A DNA stretch of 64,000 bases from Octopus vulgaris (taxonomy: Eukaryota). The translations under genes and the position numbers were made by a program. The notes beneath the pieces were generated by a model that saw only the letters and a program-made list of their open reading frames with translations, was not told the origin of the DNA and ran no database searches. Shown one piece after another: positions 1-12,259 of the stretch. The stretch's first letter is position 1. Each line of letters opens with the position of its first letter. The stretch lies in NCBI GenBank assembly GCA_951406725.2, contig OX597831.1, positions 69,998,001-70,062,000 of the forward strand, in the 5' to 3' direction.

Positions 1-360
1 CTGGAGCACCGCCTTTAGTCGAGCAACTCGACCCCGGGACTTATTCTTTGTAAGCCTAGTACTTATTCTATCGGTCTATTTTGCCGAACCGCTAAGTGAC
101 GGCGACGTAAACACACCAGCATCGGCTGTCAAGCAATGCTAGGGGGACAAACACAGACATACAAACACACACACACACACATATTTATACATATATACGA
201 CAGGCTTCTTTCAGTTTCCATCTACCAAATCCACTCACAAGGCATTGGTCGGCCCGCGGCTATAGCAGAAGACACTTGCCCAAGATGCCACGCAGTGGGA
301 CTGAACCCGGAACCATGTGGTTGGTTAGCAAGCTACTTACCACACAGCCACTCCTGCGCC
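1..360 (-). mobile_element. tRNA-derived SINE family A (3' end cut by window edge)
   Basis: Reverse complement of the ~400-bp unit repeated across the window; head has A-box TGGCTGTGTGG and B-box-like GGTTCAGTCCC, central TA/TG microsatellite. Confidence 0.9.
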
Positions 361-763
361 TATTCGTTGTTGTTTAATTCCACCAGACCTATTCCAACTG
401 TGTGCAGGGAACCCAGTTATTATGACTGACTGAGTCAGTGCAGTAGTCGCAGTTGCTGTATTCTGTGACGGTGTCATGGCAACAGTGATTCTTTTTAATG
501 TTGAAGTAATGGTGGTAGATAACTCACATAATAAATCTGGTTGGTAGTGGTTGCTCAGATTCTGCTATGATGTAGTGTAGCTCAAGAGAAAATTGCATAA
601 AGCCACAACAGAAAATTAATTAAATGTGATTTAATCTCATGCATTTCAAAAGTAAGATTATCTTGTCACCTAACTCCAAATCAATTGAGATATACACATA
701 TACTTACATACGTATATAATCAAATATATATATATATATATAGAATATATATATATATATATA

Positions 764-799
<36 letters not shown>

Positions 800-1459
800 A
801 ATATAGAATATATGTGTTATAATCAAATATGTACATATGCATGCACACACACACACATATATATATACAACATATATAAACTAGTTTTTGTTAACTTATT
901 TTTGTTACATATAGACTATACGATTTGCAGTCACATGTAGCTTTTAAAAGTGTGCATAATTACATACACACCAAACTGTACTAGATGGAAGCTTTTTGAA
1001 AAATTTGCCTGTCTTCTGAGGAATCAATTCAAGTAATATGAAGTGCCACTGAAACAAGCTTTCTATCAAAGATTGGTTTTCTCAAGAACTTTATGCATTT
1101 GTTTGGACGATTTTTTCCTCTGTTTTCACTGTAAGGACTTTTATACGCATCTCTGCACATAGATTTTAACCTCTCCTATTCTTTGCTTCCTTTATTGTTA
1201 AAAAAGTTTTTATGATATATATTATCTCCTTTATCCAGTATGAAAAGGATTTAGGAATAAATGTCCCTAACAGGTCTACAAATCTATGCTTTAACCCAGC
1301 CTGCATGGCAAATAAGGTTAACACCCTGATTGTCTAAAAAAGGAGAGTAGATAGTTGTGTGTGGTCTATAAGAGGCAACATATAGTCCATAAAGTTGTGT
1401 ACATTCATATATAGCCTATGAAGTTGCATATAGATTAAAATATTCTAAAATGTTTGCCA

Positions 1460-1890
1460 AGTTGTGGTTGTGTGGTAACGGGTTTGCTTTCCAACAGCAG
1501 GATTCTCAGTTCAGGCCTACCACTGCATGGCATCTTGGTCATGTGTCTTCTACCATAGCTCCAGGTTAACCAAATCCTTGTGAATGGATTTAGTAGACTG
1601 TAAAGTTGTTGGCATTTGGAAGGGCATCCAGCTGTAAAAAAAAAACAGGCCAAAACTAACCTTGCTTGTGCTAGTGCCACGTAAAAAGCACTGAGTCCAC
1701 TCTGCAGAGTGGTTGGTATTAGGAAGGGCATTCACACGTAAAAATCCTGCTGAAACAGAGTAGCAAATGGTAGCTTTTCTACCTGGCCAGCTCCTGTGAA
1801 ATGTTCTACCTATCCATGCATGCATTGAAGATGAACGTTAAATGATGATGATGATGATGATGATGGTGATGATGATAATGATGGTGATGA
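1460..1890 (+). mobile_element. Degenerate chimeric SINE: family-A-like head with RTE-type tail ending in (GAT)n
   Basis: tggttgtgtggtaa...catcttggtcatgtgtcttct head, then gaagggcatccagctgta and aacgttaaatgatgatg tail shared with family D copies. Confidence 0.6.
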
Positions 1891-4800
1891 TATATATATA
1901 TATATAAGATGATATATATATATATATATAAGAAGGGAAAAAGGGATTAAGAAATCCAAGCACTCAGTTTTAAACGAATTTGGTTAACTATATCCAACAA
2001 TCAGACACCAATAAATACAAGTAGAGTACTCATACAAGTTAATTCCTCAGGTATGACAAGAAGATCCAAATATAATTTAGAAGACTTTCGTATAGAGATA
2101 GAGAAAAATCACATCTTTAATTGTTTAATTCCCCATACAATGTCAACGATTGCTTCTGTTGTATCACCATTTTTAGATACAGAAAATATCATTGAAATGA
2201 ATATATCCAAAAATACATGTTGACATAACGATTTCAAGGCAGTCCAAAACTAGTTAAATTCAGAGTGAACTAAGAAAATGTCTCTAGTAAATGAATGCAT
2301 ACAAAAAGAACTTTATGAAGAAATATATTCTAAGAAAAACCTTTTTAATATTCCACTTTTGGTGATGTAAGTGGATAATGAAAGAATAAAAAAGAAAGAT
2401 ATGAATTCTACATTACAACAATTACAAACATAGAAATTCTACATCATGACAATTAGTTATCTATCTATCAAATACGTTTTATTATATAATATAGGAAAAG
2501 CAATTATACTTAAGAATTGAAATATTTAAACACATTCCTAAATTTGTGACATTTCATTATAAAATTACCATTATTATTTAATACTAATAAAGAAGTAATT
2601 ATATGATACTTTTCTTCAAGGCAAAGATCACATTTAGAATTGTCAATATTGTAAGATGGTGTGTAACTAATAATGGATCACTTTAAATCATACTCAACGT
2701 TCTTACCTTTTAAATTCCAAATGCATTTGGAAATTCTGTAGAATTACCTTTTCTTCTGTACTTAAATGAATGAGAATGAATATGAAATCTAGATTTCCAA
2801 AGTGTAGCAGATGAACAAGGAATCATGATACTTATGATTCCTTGTTATTACCTTACATTGATACGCTATATCTTTCCTTAACCATCGATTTTCTAAAAGA
2901 AACAGGCGATTTTGTTTTTACAATTATACTGGCCTTTCTTCATTTGTATTTATAACTCATGGTTAAAAGAATTCCTGCTCATCCTCCTTTCAGATTCAGG
3001 TGTCAAAGCTGCAAGGGCTGTCATTTCTTTTCTTATTAAAACAATAAAAGGTTGTAACCTCTGATTTCTAATTCCAGTTTTCCACTGAAGACATTTGCTT
3101 GAGGTTGTCATTATGTTCTGTAGTGGGTTCAGTTATCTCTGGAATGAAGATAACTGATAGATGACTATTGCCAGTACACAGGTACAGCAGATCATACGCA
3201 TATACACTTGACAATTACTTCAACGCTGAACTTTATTAAATGACTAACCCTAATTGCTGAAGTTGCTGTTATTTAGCCCCAGATCAGGACTGGTTGAACA
3301 GACCTATGGTCAAAGACATTCCAGCAATGACATCCTATCCTTCTCTTGGGCATTTACACTTACATTATCCAATCCACCTCACCCTTTTCACATCAGTTGG
3401 GTGAAATTTAGTGGAAATTTTGCTCTTCAGCTAATTTCAGCAGGTTGAGTAACTACATGGCACGTGGATGCTCGTCTGCCATCACGAGATCTGTGGCCCA
3501 AAATACATGGCCTTCATTCCAAAGCAAGTCAGAGGTTTATAGAAAAAGTTTTGTCATTACATGGAATAATTACTTTCTCTGGCATTGTTTGCTTGTTTTT
3601 CTATTGATTTTTTGTATATTTTAATTAACAGAGGCAATTAAAGGCATTTTAATTGACTTCTCTATTGATATCTTTAAGCTGAGGAATTTCATGTGCACTG
3701 TGGCTGTCATATTTATTTCACTAAGCTGAAATCAATCTTAAGGTAACTTTATATATAGATATTTTGTAAGAAATAAAACTAAAGTTTATCAAATCTTGAC
3801 TTGATTTCCATTCTTAAAAGCTAATAGCATTCAGCTTTGATTTCTTAACCCACTTTGTAGAAAATTGGGTTAAACGAACTTAAACCTCAATGAAGGGTCA
3901 TGTTGGGAAACGAAAATGTAAGAAAGGGAGATAAATGCGAGCGGGTAAATAAAAATGTAGGATGATAAAGAAAACGAAAAGAGAGATGAAGAAAAAAGGA
4001 GTTGAGTGAGAGGATGAGGGTGAAAAAGAGAGATGAAAGGTAAAGAAAGAAGAGAAAAAGAAAGATGAATGAGAGAGAAGAGAAAATTATTTTATCAAAA
4101 TCTTATTAGTTTCCAGCATGATTATCCTGGAGCTAAGAAATACTGCTTTTTTTCTTTTCTTCTTCTTCTTCTTCTTCTTCTGGAAATGCTAATAAAGCAA
4201 GAAAGAATGATAGTTATTTCGACCCTTTCATCTGTTCACAGTATTAAAGGTCAAACTAATAATAATCCCTGCTATTTCTTGGAATTTATTTTTAGAATTC
4301 ATATCCGTTGCTTTGATGTCTTTGTACTTTTTCTCATTCAAACAGATATGAAAGGGATTTTAATTTTGAGGATAATTCCATTTATAAATGTCTTTTATGC
4401 TATGGTTATGTATGTGTGCATGTGCATATGCATGCATGAATGTATTTACACACACACACACACACACAACTTATACAATTGTGTGTGTGAGACAGAGAGA
4501 GAAAGTGATTCCAAAAGAATCTACTACAAATTCTACAACAAAAGGATGATTTAACATTCAATATTTGTTTCTGTATTATTTCCTACTATCGGAAGATAAT
4601 GTAAACAATCTTAAGCTTTTATCCAACAGTCAACAATGGAAAAAAAAATTTATCAAATATGAGGAAATAAAGAAAGGTTCTTTTTCTCATGTCCTAAGTT
4701 TTCAAGAGTGTCATAGATTGCTATGTCAAGGCAGGCCCAAATTGACAGCCAAGGGATGTACTCATAAAGAAGCTAAGTACAGTAGGACACAGTCATCTAT

Positions 4801-4917
4801 CATTCATGAGTGAATATGACTCAATAACATCTACCAGATAATTGGCTTTATAGGACTCAAAGGACTCAACAAGCTTTATGGAGGTGTGAGAGAATACCAT
4901 GAAAAAATAAATTGTAG

Positions 4918-5325
4918 ACACAGGAGTGGCTGAGTTGTAAGTAGCTTGCTTACCAACCACATGGTTCCGGGTTCAGTCCCAATGCGTGGCATGTTGGGCA
5001 AGTGTCTTCTACTATAACCTCAGGCAGACCAAAGCCTTGTGAGTGGATTTGGTAGACGGAAACTGAAAAGAAGCCCGTCGTATATATGTATATATATATA
5101 TGCATGTGTGTGTTTGTGTGTCTGTGTTTATCCTCCTAGCATTGCTTGACAACCGATGCTGGTGTGTTTATGTCCCCGTAACTTAGCAGTTCGGCAAAGG
5201 AGACTGATAGAATAAGTACTGGGCTTACAAAAGAATAAGTCCTGGGGACGAGTTGCTCGATTAAAGGCGGTGCTCCAGCATGACCGCAGTCAAATGACTG
5301 AAACAAGTAAAAGAGTAAGAGAGTT
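4918..5325 (+). mobile_element. SINE family A, full length
   Basis: caggagtggctgagttgtaag head through ggtgctccagcatgaccgcagtcaaatgactgaaacaagtaaaaga tail. Confidence 0.9.
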
Positions 5326-5875
5326 AATGTACACACACACACACACATAGAGTCATATTAAAAATCAGCAGCTAAGAGAACTATCTCAGAGTAGCCAGTG
5401 ACATGAATTTGGATAATAAAAAGCCAAGAAAGGTATGCAAAATACCACACAAGATGAATTCGTCATTTAGTGACATTGTTTACATTTCAATAGAAAGTGA
5501 ACAGCACCTAGCAGCAATTGCAAATGATTCTGAAATGGAAGGGTAGATAATCTGAAGTTATCAACATTCTCCATGATTCAAATGCCATTAAAGAAATGGC
5601 AGTGTGTTTTTATTCTAGAGACAAAAAGCCAGTTTGAAAATGCCATTGTCTGAGTGGCTATCATTTGTCATTCAGATTGCCCTACTTTGATCACCAGTCA
5701 TATGTAAGACTTAGCAGACTATATACAAAAAGAGTAGATAATGCTTATGACCTCAATTAATTGCATAATAAAAGCAAGTGGAATGAATTTGAATTATAGA
5801 TAATATGTACATATAGATAGATAGATAGATAGATAGATATATACATACATACATATACATATACATATATATATA

Positions 5876-6010
5876 GGCGCAGGCATGGCTGTGTGGTAGG
5901 AAGCTTGCTTCCCAACCACATGGTTCTGGGTTCAATCCCACTGTGTTGCACCTTGGGCAAGTGTCTTCTACTGTAGCCTCGGGCTGACCAAAGCCTTGTG
6001 AGGGGATTTA
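5876..6010 (+). mobile_element. SINE family A head, 3'-truncated
   Basis: ggcgcaggcatggctgtgtggtagg...ggttcaatccc...ccttgggcaagtgtcttct. Confidence 0.8.
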
Positions 6011-8261
6011 GTTTCTTTCAGCTGATTATTAGACTATGCATCTTTATTCAAGGTTCAGCCATTGACATTGTCTGAAGCAAACTTAGGGCATGTAAGATTA
6101 GCTAGCGTTATATTTGGGAGGTGACTATAGATTTTGAATGCAAAGACTGTGAGAGGGAGATTTGGGAACCTGATACTGCTATGAGGTTGACTCTCTCCTG
6201 ACTCCAGGGTTGAATTTCAAATTGAGAATACTAGACCTTTAATCAGGTCAAATTATATTTTTTTGAAAACTCTAGCCTTAAGTGGCTTAGTGAGTTTCAG
6301 ATATTGTGTACAATAGCTGGTCACTAATTCAGATATAATTTGAATATATATGTAGAACTTACTTGTGAGGCCAATTCAAACTTTTCTTTGTATAAATCAA
6401 GTTTTAATTTATATCTAGTTTCTTTGTCCTATACATGTAGCAAGAATTTTCAAATATATAGTTTTACTTATGGAGAATACTGATTACTACTTAATGTAGG
6501 CAAACTACATATTATACTGACATTTACTATGTAAACTTAGGCACCTCCAATTTAAGTGGTGCATACTTTATTAAAACCCCATTCTATGGGCATATTTGAA
6601 TGCTTTTCTGTAAAGGTGCAGACATGTTGAAGACTGTTGTTGCCTACTGTTAAGCAACTGGTGTTTAAATGTGAAAATATGGAGTATTTCTTCTATGCAT
6701 AAATTGCATCTTTTTCCCTCACTTATTTCCCATTCTATATTAAAGTTAGTGTTTCTCTCCATAGGTAACTGGATGCAAATGCAATGGTGAGATGTCTCTA
6801 CAGTAGAAACATGCATTAGATATATTTAATCAAATATTTTGTGTAATTGACTGTAGTAATAAAAAAAATATGATTATGCAAGTGTACTAATCTCTGTTGA
6901 GTAAAACATCCTGTATGTAACAGCTGCAGGAGGAGAGGACTACATTAGCACTGGGCTTGTATGTTATTTATAAATTCCCAAAAGGATGAATACAATGCTA
7001 ACCTAAAGCAGATTTAAATTCTAAGTACAGAAAGCCACAACAAATAATAGTATAACACATGCTAAACAAGGCTCTAACAACACAGTCAATCAACAGCCTT
7101 ATACATACACACACACATCCATACACCCTCACACACACACACACGACAACAACAACAGGGGACATATACACATATGTATGTGTGTATGTGCTATGTTATA
7201 CTACAGATTATATCTAAAGGTATTTCCTGCACTGCATGCATTGACAGCTGCAAACAACTTGGCTTTATTAATCCAGATGTAGAGTTCACTGGAGAATTTT
7301 TTTTTTTTTAAATTTCAGTCAGAAGAGAAAGCAGTGCCCAAAACTCTTTGCATGTCCTTCAAAATTTATAAGATGCAGGCGGGTATTCTGAAAATAGAAG
7401 CCTTGCTCTGATGCTTGTTATGGTGGGACCTCTGCTACTCAGTTAAAGACAACTCAAGGTACTGGTTGGTTATGTGAAACTGGTTGCAGGATTTGAACTT
7501 ATGACACAAAATTCTGCAACAAATACCATAAGACACCCAGTCAGATGTTCTTACAGTTCCACCAACTCATCACCCTGAAATAGTTCTTGTTTCATTGACT
7601 CTGAAAGGATTGAAAACAAGATTAACTTTGTCAGGATTTGAACTCTCAGAATAGAGATTGAAAACAAATGCTAAAGGCATTTATCAGATATTTTAATGGC
7701 ACAGCCACATCACTGCTTAGAGATATATTTCTTAATACAGTATAACACTGAAACAAAACACTGCTGACACACCAATAATATGTATGCATTTAAATACAAC
7801 CATGTGGTTAAGAAGTTTATTTTGCAACCACAGGTTTCAGGCTCATTCATATGACATGGTACTGAAGACTTCTACTATAGCCTCAGAGTAACCAACACCT
7901 TGAGAGTAGTATTGGTAGACAAAAACTGTAGGCAGCTCAGGTGTGTGTGAGGGGAAGTGTTTTTATCTTACCATTGGCTTATTCTTTGTGCATTAGCTAA
8001 AAACAGTGATGTCTTCATTTATACAAATCTCCAGCAAAAACATGTCCAGCTTTAAATTGCTCATTATCTGAAGAACCAGAACAAATTTTACCCTATTTGG
8101 AAACATGTCAGGGTTGTTAACAGAAGGAGCATGTGAGCATAGAAAACTGCCTTGAAGAGTTTTTTTCTGACCCATACCAGTTTGAAAAGTGGGTATGATG
8201 ATAGTTATGTAATCTAGCTAGCTAGTTATTTACACCCATCTGCCCACTCAAACACACAAGT

Positions 8262-8305
<44 letters not shown>

Positions 8306-8369
8306 GTGCGCGTGCACACACACACATACATGCAGAAACACACACACTCACACACACACACACACATCT

Positions 8370-8584
8370 CTTTTCTCTTTTCCTCTTTTGCTTGTTTCAG
8401 TCATTTGACTGCGGCCATGCTGGAGCACCGCCTTTTAGTCGAGCAAATCGACCCCAGGACTTATTCTTTGTAAGTCTAGTACTTATTCTATCGGTCTCTT
8501 TTGCCGAACTGCTAAGTAACGGGGACGTAAACATACCAGCATCGGTTGTCAAGCGATGTTGGGGGGACAAACACAGACACACAA

Positions 8585-8618
<34 letters not shown>

Positions 8619-8765
8619 GTATATATACGACAGGCTTCTTTCAGTTTCCATCTACCACAAGGCTTTGGTCGGCCCGAGGCTATAATAGAAGACACTTTCC
8701 CAAGGTGCCACGCAGTGTGACTGAACCCATGTGGTTGGTAAGCAAGCTACTTACCAAACAGCCAC
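8370..8765 (-). mobile_element. SINE family A
   Basis: Reverse complement of family A unit with small internal deletions. Confidence 0.85.
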
Positions 8766-9610
8766 ATATGTGTATATATATTATATATATATAATTCAAA
8801 AATAAAAAAAAGAACATGTAGCATTAAAAAACAAATAAACAAGGTGTATAAGGTTGATGCTCTGAAAAATTGAAAGAAGGTTTTTTACATTATGAGCCTA
8901 TGCACTTCTGTAGATGAGGAGAGAAAAAATATTGTTTCTGAATAATGTTCCCCGCATGCTGAGGTGACAAACAGGCATATGTGTCTGACGAAGCACATGT
9001 GTGCCTGTGAAACTGAGGTGTGTGTGTGTGTGTGTGTGAGTACGTGTGTACGTGTGCATGCACATGAGCAAGCACATGTGTGTGCATATAAACCTGTATG
9101 TGAGTGTCTGCATATGTGCATGTTTGTACAACCATGTATGTGTATGTCTATGAAGTAATACAAACATCAATACCCTGAATGTCTATGCACCTGTATATTT
9201 GTGTATGTGTGTGCGTATGTATATGTGAGTATACGCACATACACACACACACACACAAATACACACACACACTCACACACACACATATATATATAAACTA
9301 ATTTGTTTGGCATAAGTGTGTATGCTGTGGAAAAAACGGAATCTAATGGTTGAGGTCTAACACTTCATCTGACAAAATATATCAGCAACTTCAAAAAATA
9401 CCTATTTTTCTCTCAAACACAAATGTCAAATTTCACTTCTTACAAGATATCTAGTTAACTAATCTCACAAACTTTGCTCTCTGTAGACACACACCAATGT
9501 CAGTTTTCAGATATATGATGCATCTATACAAACTTACAAATATATGCATTTGTGTGCCTCTGTGTGTGTGTATATGAATGTATATAGAAACATGGATATG
9601 TATACATGGA

Positions 9611-9994
9611 TGGAAGCACTCCGTCGGTTACGACGATGAGGGTTCTGGTTGATCCGAATCAACGGAACAGCCTGCTCGTGAAATTAACGTGTAAGTGGCT
9701 GAGCACTCCACAGACATGTGCACCCTTAACGTAGTTCTCGGGGATATTCAGCGTGACACAGAGAGTGACAAGGCCGGCCCCTTGAAATACAGGTACAACA
9801 GAAACAGGAAGTAAGAGTGAGAGAAAGTTGTGGTGAAAGAGTACAGCAGGGATCACCACCATCCCCTGCCAGAGCCTCGTGGAGCTTTTAGGTGTTTTCG
9901 CTCAATAAACACTCACAATGCCCGGTCTGGGAATCGAAACTGCGATCCTATGACCGCGAGTCCGCTGCCCTAACCACTGGGCCATTGCGCCTCC
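9611..9994 (-). mobile_element. tRNA-derived SINE family C (tail type 1)
   Basis: Reverse complement of 23638-24020; head ggaggcgcaatggcccagtggttag...gtttcgattccc with A/B boxes. Confidence 0.9.
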
Positions 9995-10030
9995 TATATG
10001 TATACATATGTGTATATAAATATATATATC

Positions 10031-10263
10031 TGTTTCTTTACTACCCACAATGGGCTAAACGCGGAGGGGACAAACAAGGATAGACAAACGGATTAAGTCG
10101 AATACATTGACCCCAGTGCGTAACTGGTACTTAATTTATCGACCCCGAAAGGATGAAAGGCAAAGTCGACCTCAGCGGAATTTCAACTCAGAACGTAACG
10201 GCAGATGAAACATCGCCAAGCATTTCGCCCGACGTGCTAACGTTTCTGCCAGCTCGCCGCCTT
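10031..10263 (-). mobile_element. SINE family B (Deu/Nin-like central domain)
   Basis: aaggcggcgagctggcagaa head; gcctttcatcctttcggggtcgataaattaagtaccag central motif; Deu/Nin assignment is from recalled similarity. Confidence 0.85.
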
Positions 10264-10466
10264 ATATATCGTTGACCACGTACTCAATACATGTGTTTTG
10301 CTAATTTGCTGCAGTGCAGCACTCTGTAGACAACTCCATTATAGCTCTAGAGGTTAAAGCACCTGAAAGACATCTCACCTCCAGTCCCATCCAGGTGTGA
10401 TAGATACTGATTGTTTATTACCAATTTTGGTTTATCAACATCACATACATGAAACAAACTGGGGAA

Positions 10467-11513
10467 CAGTGGTGGGCACGGTTCCACTAATTCGCTAATC
10501 CACTAACATTTAGTGGATTAATGATTTTGTTAACTTTAGGAAACCATTAGCAGACCAATTAGCTTCCACTAACTCTAAGTCCACTAACAAAATTCATACA
10601 TTTTTTCTTGCTTGTTGTGAGCATGTCTCAAAGAGTCTGTCAGGCATGCTATTCGCTGACCATGTGTCTATGTGACAAGATGTGATTGGTCAATGCAGCG
10701 GCAGCTAGCTGAGCAGCATTGTGTAGTTTTGCAGTTTTGAGTTGTGTTCACTTATGACGTTGTCACATTACAAACAGTCTTCCAATGTCAGCAACAGCAG
10801 TGTATGTTATCAGCTTATTGTTATGGAAGATGAAGATGCTTCTGTTTGGCCTGGGGATGAAGATCCTGTTGAGGAATCTATGATGGATGTGGCTGAGGCA
10901 GAGGTCGCCATGGAGACCATCGTAGGGACAGCCCTAAGGGAAACCAATGAAGATGGCAGAAGCACCACCAACAATGAGGATGAGGAAGGGGATTTCTTCA
11001 GCAACATCACTCAGTTCTGAGAGAATAGGAACCACAAGTGCAGAACTTGGTGAAGACCTGGCCGGAGGCTAGGTTGAGGTGATGGAGAAGGCCCAGTCAG
11101 AGTAGTACTCCTGGATCACCATCTGATCTTGGCATGATAGCTATGCTATATCATACTTTTTTGATTTGTTTGATACTTTTTGTACAGTAAATATAGTGTA
11201 TGTTGACTGAGAAACTAGTGTTTAATTTCATTTGTTCATTTAAATATTTACATACACCTTGATCCCCATCTTATCTTGGCATGCTATACCTTGCTGGAAA
11301 ACTCTATGTCTAAGCTACAACATGAAAATTTCAGCTCACTGGGTCTGTTTTTAGGGGTTTTAGAGCCAAAAAAACCAAACTGAAACTAAATTCATATGAT
11401 ACAAGTTAGTAGTTATCATTTCATGTTAGCTGCAGCTAATTTTTTTTTACTGTTTTAGTTAGCAGATTGGCGATTAGCAAAACTAATTGTTTGGTTAGCT
11501 GTGCCCACCACTA
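10467..11513. mobile_element. Non-autonomous DNA transposon, hAT-like
   Basis: TIRs CAGTGGTGGGCAC (10467) and GTGCCCACCACTA (11501-11513); 8-bp TSD ctggggaa/ctggggac (7/8 match); subterminal (C)CACTAA/TTAGC repeats; internal acidic ORF 10742-11020. Confidence 0.8.
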
Positions 11514-11941
11514 CTGGGGACAAACTGAATCGTCAGCCAATGGCTTTATACAAATAATGTATAAACAATTTTCTGGTATACCATAACGATGTATTTTCAA
11601 GAATAAATTCAATTATGAATCACACGTAGCACTAGTGTTATAAACATTAGCAATTGCATGTTACTTAATGTATGTGCTTTGCTTGTTCACTGGTTTGCTG
11701 TGGTTTTCATGATGGAGATGATGTGATAGCTGCATTGGGTTGCTGATTTGATATCTTGATATGAATATAAAATTCTCAAAGGAAGTCTCGTGTAACCATG
11801 TGAAAATCATGAGATGAAAGGTGAATGAGCTGACAATCATAAAAGGGGTGTTACTGCTACGAACAGCAGAATGCTACTAGGAAAAGAATAGTGTGCTACT
11901 CAGAAAGAGAGCTGTGTAACTTGCACTTACGAACATTTAAC

Positions 11942-12230
11942 ATATCAGAGGACCACAGCTCTTTAACATCCTCCCTAAATGCCTGAGAGAGTTGCATGGT
12001 GTGGATGTGGGTTTCTTTAAAACTAAATTGGATCTCTTCTTGTCGGGGGTCCCAGATGAACCTACCTCACGACAGGAGACACAGATGTGGGCAGCAGCAT
12101 CGAACTCCCTTGTTGACCAAGTGCCATGTATCAGAGGTGGATTCACATATTAGTGTAGCTCATTCAACGGTGGTGCCCCAGCATGGCCATGGCCTTCGGG
12201 CTAAAACATTTTTAAGGATTTAAGGATTTA
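11942..12230 (+). mobile_element. 5'-truncated LINE 3' end (CR1-group-like ORF2 C-terminus and 3'UTR)
   Basis: Translates RGPQLFNILPKCLRELHGVDVGFFKTKLDLFLSGVPDEPTSRQETQMWAAASNSLVDQ; tail (ttaaggat)n; related copy at 42480-42780. Confidence 0.8.
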
Positions 12231-12259
12231 TATGTCCTATAAGTGTGAAACGCAAGACT

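Noticed and set aside
136-429. Recurrent ORF family MLGGQTQT...HSQGIGRPGAIAEDTCPRCHAVGLNPEPCGW (many copies)
   Set aside because: Antisense read-through of SINE family A; frames differ between copies; not a gene family
1965-2060. Minus-strand CTGAGGA followed by TTAACT...AGTTAA pairing, beside a TA tract
   Set aside because: GAAA is replaced by CAAA and no stem I pairing is found; too degenerate to call a hammerhead
2713-2846. Two short palindromes (ttccaaatgcatttggaa; aacaaggaatcat...atgattccttgtt)
   Set aside because: Too short and isolated in AT-rich DNA to assign a function
4069-4813. 161-aa and 82-aa plus-strand ORFs
   Set aside because: Low-complexity AT-rich sequence spanning microsatellites; no domain motifs
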